A stretch of DNA of 60,971 bases, filler included. It is 7 parts of 7 records of this genome, joined end to end, with 100 filler letters (N's around TTAATTAATTAA, not from the genome) between each part and the next. Parts side by side here need not be neighbours in the genome. Positions count along the whole stretch, not along the records: positions 20,400 to 29,552 come from DRR723986_11759; positions 29,653 to 39,063 come from DRR723986_11767; 5 more parts are not named here. One strand, 5' to 3'. Position numbers and translations under genes: made by a program. Position 1 is the first letter of the stretch, and the number at the start of each line of letters is the position of its first letter. A model generated the notes under the pieces. It searched no databases. It was not told where the DNA came from and saw only the letters and a program-made list of their open reading frames with translations. Below are positions 20,449-30,251 of the stretch, piece by piece.

Positions 20449-22587
20449 TCAGCGCAGCTCCACCGAAACCCGGCCAGAGTGCCCCTCGGCGTCGATCACC
20501 GACAGCGTGGTGAACCCGACCCCCGTCAGCGGTGCGGTGAACTCGGACCGGCGCAGGCCCGTCGCCACCACCGCGCCATCCTTCAACAGCGTGTAGGGCG
20601 GGCGCCCGCCGCGCAGCTTCACCGGAATGCCCGCGCCGCCCGCCACCTCCAGCCGCGCGCCCTCGGGCGGAAAGGTCACCTGCAGGGCGGGCACCGCCTC
20701 GCGCGGTCCGAAGCGGTGCAGGCCCTCGGGCAGCCGGGCGCGGCTCACGATCAGCGTTTCCGGCGGCGGCGGGGGCAGGGGCGTCATCCTCGGCGCCGCC
20801 CGGCCCAAAGCCTCGAACAGCAGCGGCGCGGCGAGGCCACCGCCAAAGGCGCCGGGCACCGGCGTGCCGTCGGGCCGCCCGATCCAGACCCCCGCCACAT
20901 GCCGTCCGTCCCATCCCAGCGCCCAGGCGTCGCGATGCCCGTAAGAGGTGCCGGTCTTGTAGGCCACCCGCCCCGGCGGCCCGGCAGAGGGCGGCGGTGC
21001 CAGCCCGGCAAGGATATCGCCCACCTGCCACGCCGAGGCGGGGCTGAGGATGCGCCGCGTGTCGCGCGCGCTCTGCGGGCCCGCGTGCCAGCGCAGCGCC
21101 ACCGGGTCGCCGCCCCGCGCGAGGCCCGCGTAAAGCTGCACCATCTCCTCCAGCGAGACACCCACGCCACCCAGCGCCAGCGCCAGGCCCGGCGCCCCGC
21201 CCTGCACGACCGGCTGCATCCCGGCGCCGTCCAGCGCCGCCATCAGATGCGCCGGACCCAGCGCCTCGGTCAGGCGCACCACGGGGATGTTGAGCGAGAG
21301 TTGCAAGGCTTGCCGGACAGAGACCTCGCCCCGGTATTGCCCGTCGAAGTTCTGCGGCGCGTAGCGCCCGTAGTGCACCGGCGTGTCGAGGATCAGCGTC
21401 TCGGGATGCGCAAGCCCGCGGTCGAAGGCCAGCCCGTAGACCAGCGGCTTCAGCGTCGAACCGGGGGACCGCAGCGCCTGCGTCATGTCGACGAAGCCCT
21501 GCCCGCGCGTGTCGGTGTAATCGGGCGAGCCGATGGCGGCGAGGATCTCTCCGCTCTGGTGATCCGCCACCACGATGGCCAGCGACAGGCGCGGGTCCAG
21601 CCCCCGCCGGTGGCGGCGCAGGAGGTCTTCGAGGCTGCGCTGCAGGCGCGCGTCCAGCGTCAGGTCGTGCCGCCCCGGCCCCAGCGTCAGCGCCCGGTCG
21701 GCCATATGCGGCGCCAGTTGCGGCATCGGCTGACGGCCCAGCGGCGCGGGGTCGAGCGCGTCCGAGCGCGCCGCGCTCATCGGGATCACGCCGGCCTCGG
21801 CCATGCGCAGCAACACCCGGTTGCGGGCAAGGCGCGCGGCCTCGGGGTGGCGGTCGGGGCGGCGGCTCTCGGGGGCCTGCGGCAGGGCGACCAGCAGGGC
21901 GGCCTCGGCCGGGGTCAGGCGCGCGGGCTCTTTCCCGAGCCAGATCAGCGAGGCGGCGCGCAGCCCCTCGACGTTGCCGCCATAGGGCGCAAGGCCAAGG
22001 TACAGCGCGAGGATCTCGTCCTTGGTCAGCCGCCGCTCCAGCGCCAGCGCCAGCCGCATCTGCCGCAGCTTGCCCTGCCACTGACCGGTGGTGCCGTCCT
22101 CCAGCAGGCGGGCGACCTGCATGGTCAGCGTGGAGGACCCCGAGACGATGCGCCCGTGCCGCACCGCCTGCGCCAGCGCACGCAGGGTGGCCACCGGGTC
22201 GACTCCGGCGTGGTCGTGGAAGCGGCGGTCCTCGTAGGCCACCAGCATCCGGTAGAACAGCGGATCGACCTGATCGGGCGACAGCGCCATGCGCCAGCGC
22301 CCGTCGTCGATGGTATAGGCACGCAACAGCGTGCCATTGCGGTCGCGGACCTCGGGCGAGGTGGCATGGATCAGCGAGGGGATTTCAGTCGCGTCGATGA
22401 GACGGTCGAACCCGTCCCGGGCGGTGCCGACCGACCAGAGCAACAGGGCCAACAGCGCGAGGCGGCGGGCGGGCGCCGTTTTCCGGCGCGGAAAACGGCC
22501 CGGAAATTTTGGAAATTTCCGGGCGCGCCCCGGGGCAAACCGGCCGGAAAGGGCTGCCCAACCGGCCGGTTTGCCCCTCTCAACCAT
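20449..22587 (-). CDS. pbpC: Penicillin-binding protein 1C
   Basis: Transglycosylase EDRRF..H.GVD, SSTLTMQVARLL; transpeptidase GSTLKP, SLN, KTGT; downstream of alpha-2-macroglobulin. Start uncertain; ATG 22587 overlaps the upstream stop. Confidence 0.92.
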   Translation of the reverse strand: MVERGKPAGWAALSGRFAPGRARKFPKFPGRFPRRKTAPARRLALLALLLWSVGTARDGFDRLIDATEIPSLIHATSPEVRDRNGTLLRAYTIDDGRWRMALSPDQVDPLFYRMLVAYEDRRFHDHAGVDPVATLRALAQAVRHGRIVSGSSTLTMQVARLLEDGTTGQWQGKLRQMRLALALERRLTKDEILALYLGLAPYGGNVEGLRAASLIWLGKEPARLTPAEAALLVALPQAPESRRPDRHPEAARLARNRVLLRMAEAGVIPMSAARSDALDPAPLGRQPMPQLAPHMADRALTLGPGRHDLTLDARLQRSLEDLLRRHRRGLDPRLSLAIVVADHQSGEILAAIGSPDYTDTRGQGFVDMTQALRSPGSTLKPLVYGLAFDRGLAHPETLILDTPVHYGRYAPQNFDGQYRGEVSVRQALQLSLNIPVVRLTEALGPAHLMAALDGAGMQPVVQGGAPGLALALGGVGVSLEEMVQLYAGLARGGDPVALRWHAGPQSARDTRRILSPASAWQVGDILAGLAPPPSAGPPGRVAYKTGTSYGHRDAWALGWDGRHVAGVWIGRPDGTPVPGAFGGGLAAPLLFEALGRAAPRMTPLPPPPPETLIVSRARLPEGLHRFGPREAVPALQVTFPPEGARLEVAGGAGIPVKLRGGRPPYTLLKDGAVVATGLRRSEFTAPLTGVGFTTLSVIDAEGHSGRVSVELR
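22475..22577. repeat. Three tandem perfect inverted repeats (11, 12 and 16 bp stems)
   Basis: GCCGTTTTCCG/CGGAAAACGGC (22475-22499); GCCCGGAAATTT/AAATTTCCGGGC (22498-22524); GGGGCAAACCGGCCGG/CCGGCCGGTTTGCCCC (22532-22577). Confidence 0.85.
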
Positions 22588-23140
22588 GATCCGCGCGCTC
22601 CCACAGCCCGGGGTAGAACGTGACGAAGCCATGGGCGTCCACCACCAGATGCGTCTCGAACTGCGTCTCTTCGGCGGCATAGCGCACCAGACCGCCACGC
22701 TCGCGCGTGTAGCGTTGCGTCAGCGCCGAGACCTTCGGCCCCGGCAGCCGCAGCCACGCGGCGGTGCAATCCAGTCGCCCGACCTCGGGCAGGCGGCGCA
22801 ACGGCATGGTGTTCGTGGCGGGGGTGAAGCTCAGATCCACGTCCGTCGCGCCCTCCAGCCCCGGCAGGGCCGCGTCGTTCAGCGTCCAGCCTTCGCCCTC
22901 GCGGGCAAGGCGCCACGCGACGGTCTCGCCGCCGTAGTCGCCGCTGACGTCGGCCCCCAGAGAGTGCCAGTCCTCGTCCAGACGCACGACGTAATCGAGC
23001 GCCGCCCAGCCCTGCCCGTCGCGGAAACGGGCGTGGCCCACCAGCATGAAGCCGCCGCCCGTCCGGGCGAGGCGGCACTTGTCCTCCCCGTCCCGGTCGA
23101 GCGCGCGCCAATGCATGGTTGCAATGGTTTCTCCTGTCAT
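22580..23140 (-). CDS. Putative glycolipid-binding domain protein
   Basis: Real start is MTGETIATMHWRALD (C-terminal part of ORF 22580..25984); DVDLSFTPATNTMPLRRL, Q.YTR and VD.HG.V..YPGLW are family motifs; ATGA overlap with the A2M stop. Confidence 0.8.
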   Translation of the reverse strand: MTGETIATMHWRALDRDGEDKCRLARTGGGFMLVGHARFRDGQGWAALDYVVRLDEDWHSLGADVSGDYGGETVAWRLAREGEGWTLNDAALPGLEGATDVDLSFTPATNTMPLRRLPEVGRLDCTAAWLRLPGPKVSALTQRYTRERGGLVRYAAEETQFETHLVVDAHGFVTFYPGLWERADHG

Positions 23141-26100
23141 TTCGCGACGATAACCGATCCCGAGGCGGTCGTCGCGCGGTATTCCGGGCGGTACATGTCC
23201 TCGACCAGAGCCGCCGGATGGTGGAACGTTCCGGGAGAGACCGCGCGCACCACATAGGCCAGCCGCAGAGGTTCCGCGTCCTGCTGGTCGAGCGCGGCGA
23301 CGAAGCGGTCGGTGCGGAACTCGGCGTGCTCGGTGTGGGAGGTCTCCAGCCAGTCCAGCGCGCCGATATCGCCCGCCCGCAGAAGCGAGGGATTGTCGAT
23401 CTCGAACCCGGCGGGCAGGGCGTCGTCCACGATCAGCCGCGCCTGCACGGCCTCGGCGGGCTTCACCGTCAGAACGGTGACCATGCGGTCTCCGGCTTTC
23501 AGGCTGCCCAGATCCGCCGGTTGCCCGTCGAGCGTGTAGTAATCCCGCGCGATGCCGTAGCCGTAGCCTGCCGCCTCTGTCGCGCCCTCGGGCACGCCCA
23601 GCGCGGTGACGGTGACGAAGGTCGGTGTCTGCGCCGTGTTGGTCAGGCGCTGCGGCTCCAGCGTGGCCCCGTCGAACCGCCGCACGAAGGGGCCGGAGAG
23701 CGCTTCGTCGTTCAGCGCAAGCCCGGACACGGTCGGGTCCTGCACCATGGCATGCGCCGCCAGCAGCGACCACGCCTGCTCCTGCGTGGACAGCGGGCCC
23801 TCGGCGGCCGCGATCCGCGCGGTCAGCGCCTCGCGGTCCACCGCGTCCGACCGCGCCTCGACCGCCAGCGACAGCACGCCCGCCGCGTCGCGCAGCCCGC
23901 TGCCGTAATCGGCGCGCCAGACCTGCGCGGTCGCCTCCGGGCGGCCTGCGATGCGCGCGGCGGCCTTGGCAAAGAGCCGGTCGGCGCGCGGCTGGTCGCC
24001 GTAGCTGGCCAGCGCCGCGCCCAGCTGCGCCTGCGCCAAGGGCGTCGTCAGCGCATCGGCCTTTTCGTCGGCGTAGTAGCGCAGGTCGCCCATGGCGGCT
24101 TGTCCTTCGCGGGCCAGAACCATCAGCGCATAGGCGATGTCCTCGCCGCCCTCGTCGAAGTCGGGCGCATAGGCGATGCGGTTCTTCAGGTTGTCGAGCG
24201 CGTTCTGCCACGCGACCTTGGGCACCTCGTGACCCGCCGCCCGGGCGCGCGACAGGAAGTCGGTCACATAGGCGTCCAGCCAGAAGTCGCCCGAGTAGGC
24301 GCCCCAGAGGCCGAAGGCCCCGTTCGACGCCTGCCGGGTCAGGATCTGCGTCATGGATTGCTCGATGCGCAGGTCGATGCGGTCGCGGTTGCCAAGGCCC
24401 AGAGGCTCGGCGACCGAGGACAGGTACAGAAGCGGCAGAGCCTTCGACGTCACCTGTTCGGTGCAGCCGTAGGGGTAGCGGTCCAGCGAGGCGAGCAGCC
24501 CCGCCGCGTCGAAGCGCGCCAGCGCCCCGGCGGAAACCAGCACCTCGGCGCTTTCGGGGCGCAGCCCGGCGAGGATCGCCTCGTCCAGCGTGAAGGTCTG
24601 CCCGGCGGCAAGGCTGAGGCGCAGGGTGCTGCCGGTGGCGGGGTCGTTCGCCCGCACCCCCAGCGTCAGGTCCTTGGTCAGCCGCTTGCCGTCCGGCGTG
24701 GTCAGCGCCAGCGCGATGCCGTGGTCGCCGATCTCTCCGCCGGTCAGCGGGATGTCCAGCGCCAGCGTGCCGCCGTCCTCCAGCGTCACCGAGGCGGGGA
24801 TCGCCGAGGCGTCCAGCGCCACCCCGCCCGAGGTCAGTGCAAAGGGCATCTCTCCGGCCGGCCCGCCGGTGTGGGTCAGTTCCACCAGCAGGCGGCTTTC
24901 GTCGCCCGGCGCAAGGAAGCGCGGCATCGAGGCGGAAATCACCACCGGGTCGCGCACGATCACATCCGCCTCGGCAGAGCCCACGCCCTCGGGCGACCAT
25001 GCCACCGCCATCAGCCGCACGGTGCCGTTGAAGTCGGGGATGTCGAAGGAGACCTCGGCCTGCCCATCGGCGCCCACCGTGACGGGGCCTGAGAAAAAGG
25101 CGACCAGCGCCTCCGTCGGGGGCGGGCCTTGCAGCGACATGGACGCACCGCCGTCGCCGCCAGAGCGGATCGTGCCCATGGCGCCGTTGCTGCCGTCGAT
25201 CAGGCGGCCATAGATGTCGCGGATCTCGACTCCCAGACGGCGCTGGCCGAAGTAATAGCCCGCCGGGTCCGGGGTTTCGAAGCCGGTCAGGTTGAGGATG
25301 CCGAGGTCGACGGCGGCCACCGTGGCGTAGGCGGTCGCCCCCTCGGCCAGCCCGTCGATCTGGACGGCGGCGCTCAGCGTCTCGCGCGGGGCGGCCTCGG
25401 TGGGCGCGTCCAGCGAGACCGCCAGCTTGCGCGTGCCGGGATCGACGGCGGCATGGGTCAGGCCCAGCGCCCGCGCCGGGTTCTGGCCGGCGCTGACATC
25501 CATGGGTCGGATCACCTGCGCGGTGACGTAGACGCCCGCGCCCCAATCCGCCGTCACCGGCAGGTGCAGGGTGTTCTCGCCCTCGGACACCTCGATGGCC
25601 TGCATGGAGACCACGCGGTCCGCCAGCACCGTCACCAGCGCCTTGCCCGCATAGCGCGGCACCATGCGCAGGGTCGCCGTCTCTCCGGGGGCATAGGCCT
25701 CGGCATCGAGCGACATTTCCAGCATGTCCGGCGTGTCGCGTTCGGAAGCGGCGGCGTACCAGCCCGACGAGAAGCTCATGGAGGCCGCGAGGTAGGCGCC
25801 GTCGGCGCGCTCGACCACAACCTCGTATTCGCCCCAGTCGGTCGCGGCTTCGATCGTCAGCGGTTCGGCGCCCAATATGCCCTCGCCCCGGGCCACGGCC
25901 TGGCGCGTCGTCACCGGCTCCCAGTTCCACGAGCCGTATTGCTGATACCACTGGTACCGCGTGTTCACGCGGTTGACCGTCCATGTCACCGGCATGTCGA
26001 CCGGGGACAGGTCCGGCCCCAGCGCGATCACGTCGAAGCGCGCGGTCGCGCCCTCGGGGAGGGTGTCGTCGAAGGCCGGTTTGACGCCGATCATCGCGGT

Positions 26101-28569
26101 CTCCGGCGCGACGGCGCGGGTCACGCTGCGTTCCACCGGGCGGCCCGAGGCCTCGGACAGGCGCAGGGCCACGCGCGCCGACAGCGGGCGCCCAAGGGCG
26201 TCGATCTCTGGCAAGGGCAGGCGCAGGTCGGCCTTGCCCGCCTCGTCCGTCACAAGGTCGGCGGGGAAGGTGGTGCTGCGCAGGGCGCGGTCGTCGTCGT
26301 GGCGCCCGAAGTGGTAGCCCGGGAAGGCGTCGAGCGTGTTGGAGGTGGAGAGGCGCACCTCACCCTCGATGGCCAGATCGGCCCCCGGCGCGCCAAAGAG
26401 GTAGCGCGCCTCGACCCCCAGCGGCGGCGGGGCCAGCGGGTTGATCGGCGTTTCGGGCAGCAGCAACTCGAAGTCGATACGCTCGGGCACGAAGTCCTCG
26501 ACCAGCAGGGTGTCCGAGGTCAGCGCGGCGGCATCGACATCGGCGAAGAGGTCCAGCCGCCAGGTCCCACGCGGCACGTCGCCGCCCAGCGGCAGGGTGA
26601 AGATATGGCCCCCCGCCCCGGCGCCATTGGACAGGTGGCGCGAGTATTCGACGCCATCGGGGCGCATCAGGATCGCGGTCAGGGGCACGTCGGCCACGGC
26701 CCCGGCCTGCGCGTCGCGCAACAGGGCGGTGACGTGGATCTCTTCGCCCGCGCGGTAGGCGCCGCGGTCGGTGGCAAGGAAGGCATCAAGCGGCCCGGCG
26801 GGCGCGCGGCCCGCGACGCCACGGTCCGAGAGGTCGAAGGCCGGGTCGGTCAGTGAGAGGAAGGCAAGGTCCGCCTCGCCCTGCCGCGCCATGACCAGCG
26901 CGGGGGCGCTGCCGGCGGTGCCGCGCAAGAGCCCCGCGTCGAAGCGCGCGATGCCCTCGGCGTCGGTCTGCACCGTGTCGAGCACCCGGTTGGCCTGCGC
27001 CAGCAGCGAGACCTCCAGCCCGGCCAGCGGTTCGGCGCTGCCCAGATGGCGGGCGAAGACGGTCAGCCCGTCGTTGCCCTGCATCGTCGTCAGCCCGATG
27101 TCCGACAGGATGAACCACTGCGTCGCGCGGGCATTGTTGTCGTCCCCCGCGTCCTCGACAGAGGCGGTCAGCGCGTAGATCCCGGCGGGCTGGCCCTTCA
27201 ACGCCTCACCCATCGGCAGGCGCGTCAGCATGTCCGTGTTCAGCGTGTTCTGCACCGCGCCGGTGCCGGTCCAGACCTCCTCGGCAATGTCCGAGGCGAA
27301 ATAGGACTCCTCGTATTCGTTCAGCGGCTGGCCGAAGTAATTGTCCTGCAAGGCCCGGATCAGGTTGCGGTCCGAGACCCGGCGCAGCACCAGATCCACC
27401 GCGTCGAGGTTCACCGTCTGCAGCGGCAGGCCCGCGTCACTCGTGCGGGGCAGAACGTAGGCACGGCCCGGGAAGAGCACCGAAGGCGAACGGTCGCGGA
27501 CATAGGCGGTGATCTCTACGTCGCGCGCCAGTTCCTCGCCGCTTTCCGACGGCAGGCCAGAGCGGAAGGTGATCGTGTAGCGCTGGCCGTGCTCGACGCC
27601 GCTTACGCAGATGCGCTGGTCGTCGTGGGTCACGGCCATGCGCGGATCGGGCAGGCGCACGTAGGGGGCGTAATCCTGCCCGGCGCGGCTGAGGACCTCG
27701 TTGAAGGCGGCGCAGATGCGCGGGTCGGCGCTGTCCGCCTCGACCGTGTGTTCGGTGATGCGGAAGCCGTATTTCTGGATCGCCTCGTCCAGAAGCTCGC
27801 TGGTGTCGAAGCGCGAGCCAATGCCTTCGGCCAGCCGCAGGGCCGGGATCATCTGGCGACCCCGGCGGTCGGATTCGAGCGCCAGCGCCATCTGATACAG
27901 TGCCGTGACGCGCTGGGCGTCGCTGTCGGCGCGCAGGTAGGCGTTGATCGTGGCGCTCAGCGCCCGCCCGCGATAGCGCCGCTGGTCGGCGCCGCTGACG
28001 CTCTCGGCGTATTCCACGGACCATTCCGCGTATTGCAGCCACAGCCCGGCGCTGTCGGTCTGGGCCAGGGCCGCGCCGGTCCAGTGGATCGCGTCGCGCA
28101 GATTGCCGGCCTCATGCGCCTGCGTGGCCGCATCGGTCAGCGCGGTTTCCGAGTATTGCCCGCCGGCGTGGCGCCCGGCGATGGCCTCAGCCTCCTTGCG
28201 GGCGTTTTCCAGATCGGCGGCGCGCAGGAAATCCAGATCGCCGGCCCGTGCCGCGCCCTGCGCGATCAGGGCCGGATCGGCCTCGACCACGCGGGCAGAG
28301 ATGGCGCCCTGATAGGCCTCGCGGTCGGTGACGCTGGACTTCGGAAAACAGCTGTTCGACCGGCTGTTGAAGGTGAAGGCCATGCAGGCCGCGTCGTTCA
28401 GGCACAGCCGCTGGCAACTGTCGAGTGTGGTGTCGAAAAGCGTGCTGAGGTCGTTGCCGCGGTAGTCGATGTCCTGCGTCACGACGAGGCGTCGCTCGGG
28501 GATGACCTCCTGCGCAAGGGCGGGCAGCCCGACACATCCAAGGGCGAGAGCCAGGGCAAGGCGACGCAT
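23137..28569 (-). CDS. Bacterial alpha-2-macroglobulin family protein
   Basis: AGGAG RBS plus signal peptide MRRLALAL...ALA-Q; TDRGAYRAGE, thioester motif YPYGCTEQ, A.VEDMYRPE; N-terminal Cys-rich PAN/apple-like domain. Confidence 0.95.
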   Translation of the reverse strand: MRRLALALALGCVGLPALAQEVIPERRLVVTQDIDYRGNDLSTLFDTTLDSCQRLCLNDAACMAFTFNSRSNSCFPKSSVTDREAYQGAISARVVEADPALIAQGAARAGDLDFLRAADLENARKEAEAIAGRHAGGQYSETALTDAATQAHEAGNLRDAIHWTGAALAQTDSAGLWLQYAEWSVEYAESVSGADQRRYRGRALSATINAYLRADSDAQRVTALYQMALALESDRRGRQMIPALRLAEGIGSRFDTSELLDEAIQKYGFRITEHTVEADSADPRICAAFNEVLSRAGQDYAPYVRLPDPRMAVTHDDQRICVSGVEHGQRYTITFRSGLPSESGEELARDVEITAYVRDRSPSVLFPGRAYVLPRTSDAGLPLQTVNLDAVDLVLRRVSDRNLIRALQDNYFGQPLNEYEESYFASDIAEEVWTGTGAVQNTLNTDMLTRLPMGEALKGQPAGIYALTASVEDAGDDNNARATQWFILSDIGLTTMQGNDGLTVFARHLGSAEPLAGLEVSLLAQANRVLDTVQTDAEGIARFDAGLLRGTAGSAPALVMARQGEADLAFLSLTDPAFDLSDRGVAGRAPAGPLDAFLATDRGAYRAGEEIHVTALLRDAQAGAVADVPLTAILMRPDGVEYSRHLSNGAGAGGHIFTLPLGGDVPRGTWRLDLFADVDAAALTSDTLLVEDFVPERIDFELLLPETPINPLAPPPLGVEARYLFGAPGADLAIEGEVRLSTSNTLDAFPGYHFGRHDDDRALRSTTFPADLVTDEAGKADLRLPLPEIDALGRPLSARVALRLSEASGRPVERSVTRAVAPETAMIGVKPAFDDTLPEGATARFDVIALGPDLSPVDMPVTWTVNRVNTRYQWYQQYGSWNWEPVTTRQAVARGEGILGAEPLTIEAATDWGEYEVVVERADGAYLAASMSFSSGWYAAASERDTPDMLEMSLDAEAYAPGETATLRMVPRYAGKALVTVLADRVVSMQAIEVSEGENTLHLPVTADWGAGVYVTAQVIRPMDVSAGQNPARALGLTHAAVDPGTRKLAVSLDAPTEAAPRETLSAAVQIDGLAEGATAYATVAAVDLGILNLTGFETPDPAGYYFGQRRLGVEIRDIYGRLIDGSNGAMGTIRSGGDGGASMSLQGPPPTEALVAFFSGPVTVGADGQAEVSFDIPDFNGTVRLMAVAWSPEGVGSAEADVIVRDPVVISASMPRFLAPGDESRLLVELTHTGGPAGEMPFALTSGGVALDASAIPASVTLEDGGTLALDIPLTGGEIGDHGIALALTTPDGKRLTKDLTLGVRANDPATGSTLRLSLAAGQTFTLDEAILAGLRPESAEVLVSAGALARFDAAGLLASLDRYPYGCTEQVTSKALPLLYLSSVAEPLGLGNRDRIDLRIEQSMTQILTRQASNGAFGLWGAYSGDFWLDAYVTDFLSRARAAGHEVPKVAWQNALDNLKNRIAYAPDFDEGGEDIAYALMVLAREGQAAMGDLRYYADEKADALTTPLAQAQLGAALASYGDQPRADRLFAKAAARIAGRPEATAQVWRADYGSGLRDAAGVLSLAVEARSDAVDREALTARIAAAEGPLSTQEQAWSLLAAHAMVQDPTVSGLALNDEALSGPFVRRFDGATLEPQRLTNTAQTPTFVTVTALGVPEGATEAAGYGYGIARDYYTLDGQPADLGSLKAGDRMVTVLTVKPAEAVQARLIVDDALPAGFEIDNPSLLRAGDIGALDWLETSHTEHAEFRTDRFVAALDQQDAEPLRLAYVVRAVSPGTFHHPAALVEDMYRPEYRATTASGSVIVAK

Positions 28570-28745
28570 GGAAAACTCCTTCGCGGTCAATGCCCCATGC
28601 TGACACGCCCCCCCGCACCAGACAAGGATTCGGCGGGCAGGGTATTCCCCACCCGCCGGGCGCCGCGATCGGGTCCGGTCCGGGTTAATCCGTTCTTCAG
28701 AGCTGTCCGGCACAAGGGCGGGGCGCGTGCTTCGGAGGGTGACGC

Positions 28746-29552
28746 ATGAACCTTGCCGATCGGCTGGCGGAAGAGCGTCGGGCTCGACTGGCGGCGGAAC
28801 GATTGCTGGACCTGAAACAGAAGGAGCTGTTCGAGGCGAACAAGCGCCTTGGCAAGCACGCGCTGCAACTCAGCCACGAGATCCGCGAGACGCGAAGCGA
28901 GGTGGCCACCGTCCGCGACGAGAACCAGCGCGTGAAGAAGGAGCTGGGGCAGGCGACCCAGCATCTGGAAATCGTGACGGATCAGCTTTGGTCCGCGATG
29001 GAGACGATCCGCGACGGCTTTGCCATGTTCACCGAGCACGGGCGGCTGGAACTGGCGAACCCCGCCTATCTGTCGACCTTCGAGGGGATCGAGTCGGTCA
29101 AGCCCGGCATCCTCTACAACGAGATCCTCGAGATCATGGCCGACGAGGGGCTTGTCGACCTGCAGGGCGAGGACCCGCAGGGCTGGCAATTGCGGATGTT
29201 GTCGCGCTGGACGCAGGACCCGATCCCGACGGAGACGCTGCGCCTCTGGGACGGGCGGTTCGTCAAGCTGCGCGACCGGCGCAGGCCGGACGGCGGCATC
29301 GTCACGCTGAGCGTCGACATCACCGATCTGATGCGCATGTGGTCGGCGGTCGAGGAACTGCCCGACGGCTTCGTCATCTACGATTCCGAAGACCGGCTGA
29401 TGATGTGCAATGCGCCCTACCGCGACTATTACAAGGCCAGCGCCCCGGCGATGGTGCCCGGTACGACCTTCGAGGACATCCTGCGCTACGGGCTGAGGCA
29501 TGGCCAATACGCAGAGGCCGTGGGCCGCGAGGAAGAGTGGCTCGAAGAGCGG
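28746..29552 (+). CDS. Coiled-coil plus tandem PAS-fold signalling protein (probably GGDEF/EAL or kinase type; 3' truncated)
   Basis: N-terminal coiled coil; two PAS-like repeats (DGFAMF...LELAN; DGFVIYDSEDRLMMCN..YR); GGAGG RBS. Confidence 0.75.
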
Positions 29553-29652
29553 NNNNNNNNNNNNNNNNNNNNNNNNNNNNNNNNNNNNNNNNNNNNTTAA
29601 TTAATTAANNNNNNNNNNNNNNNNNNNNNNNNNNNNNNNNNNNNNNNNNNNN
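29553..29652. other. Artificial contig spacer
   Basis: N run with TTAATTAATTAA. Confidence 0.99.
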
Positions 29653-29653
29653 G

Positions 29654-29791
29654 CACGGCGGCATCGTCTACATCGGCATCCGCACGCAGATATACGGCCT
29701 GCCCGCCCCGGAAGACCCCGAAGCCGCCATAGCGGCGGCAATCGACAAGTACCTTGCATACTTCGGCTGCAGGGAACCCGCGCGCCCGTGA
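29654..29791 (+). CDS. C-terminal end of a probable TetR/AcrR-family regulator (5' truncated)
   Basis: Manual translation HGGIVYIGIRTQIYGLPAPEDPEAAIAAAIDKYLAYFGCREPARP* resembles the HGGIFY.GIR..IYG tail of alphaproteobacterial TetR proteins. Confidence 0.5.
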   Translation, partial: HGGIVYIGIRTQIYGLPAPEDPEAAIAAAIDKYLAYFGCREPARP

Positions 29792-30134
29792 CAAGCTTCG
29801 GGCCCCCGTCGCGATCATTCCGTCGATGCAGACCAAGACAGAGATACCCGCAGGCCGTCTGGAAACGCCCTCCATGTCGCAGGGTCGGTAGAGGATGGAG
29901 CGGCCCGGAAGACTTTCTTCTCGGGTGAACGGGTCAGGCCCTCCCCTCCGTTGGTGCATCAAAGCCGTACCGCCAATGCCGCCTTGCGGTCGGAGTTCAT
30001 CGACGATCACGCATTCCGAATCGTACCAGCCGGACGAACGCCAAGTCGCTGTAATGTCTTGCCATCTGAATGCTGCCGAGAGGAAGCTCGCGGACCCTCC
30101 AAGCGATGCCCCTTCAGCCCTTCAAACGTGGAGG

Positions 30135-30143
30135 TTATCCACA
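30135..30143 (+). promoter_or_regulatory. Consensus DnaA box upstream of repA
   Basis: Exact TTATCCACA about 110 bp before the repA start; single copy. Confidence 0.3.
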
Positions 30144-30251
30144 TCGCGGCGCAGGCGTCATGTCATACGGAACCGCCATGTCAAAGAAGTCTGGATTTAT
30201 TGCGGCTGTCTGATATAGCTTGCGAAAGCAAAAGATAATCGAGCACCTGAC

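Noticed and set aside
20348-28749. Many long alternative-frame and antisense ORFs (for example 20479..22623, 23119..25092, 25129..26856, and most of 22580..25984)
   Set aside because: Shadow ORFs of very GC-rich genes, Arg/Gly/Ala-rich with no motifs. Only the last 186 aa of 22580..25984 is a real gene.
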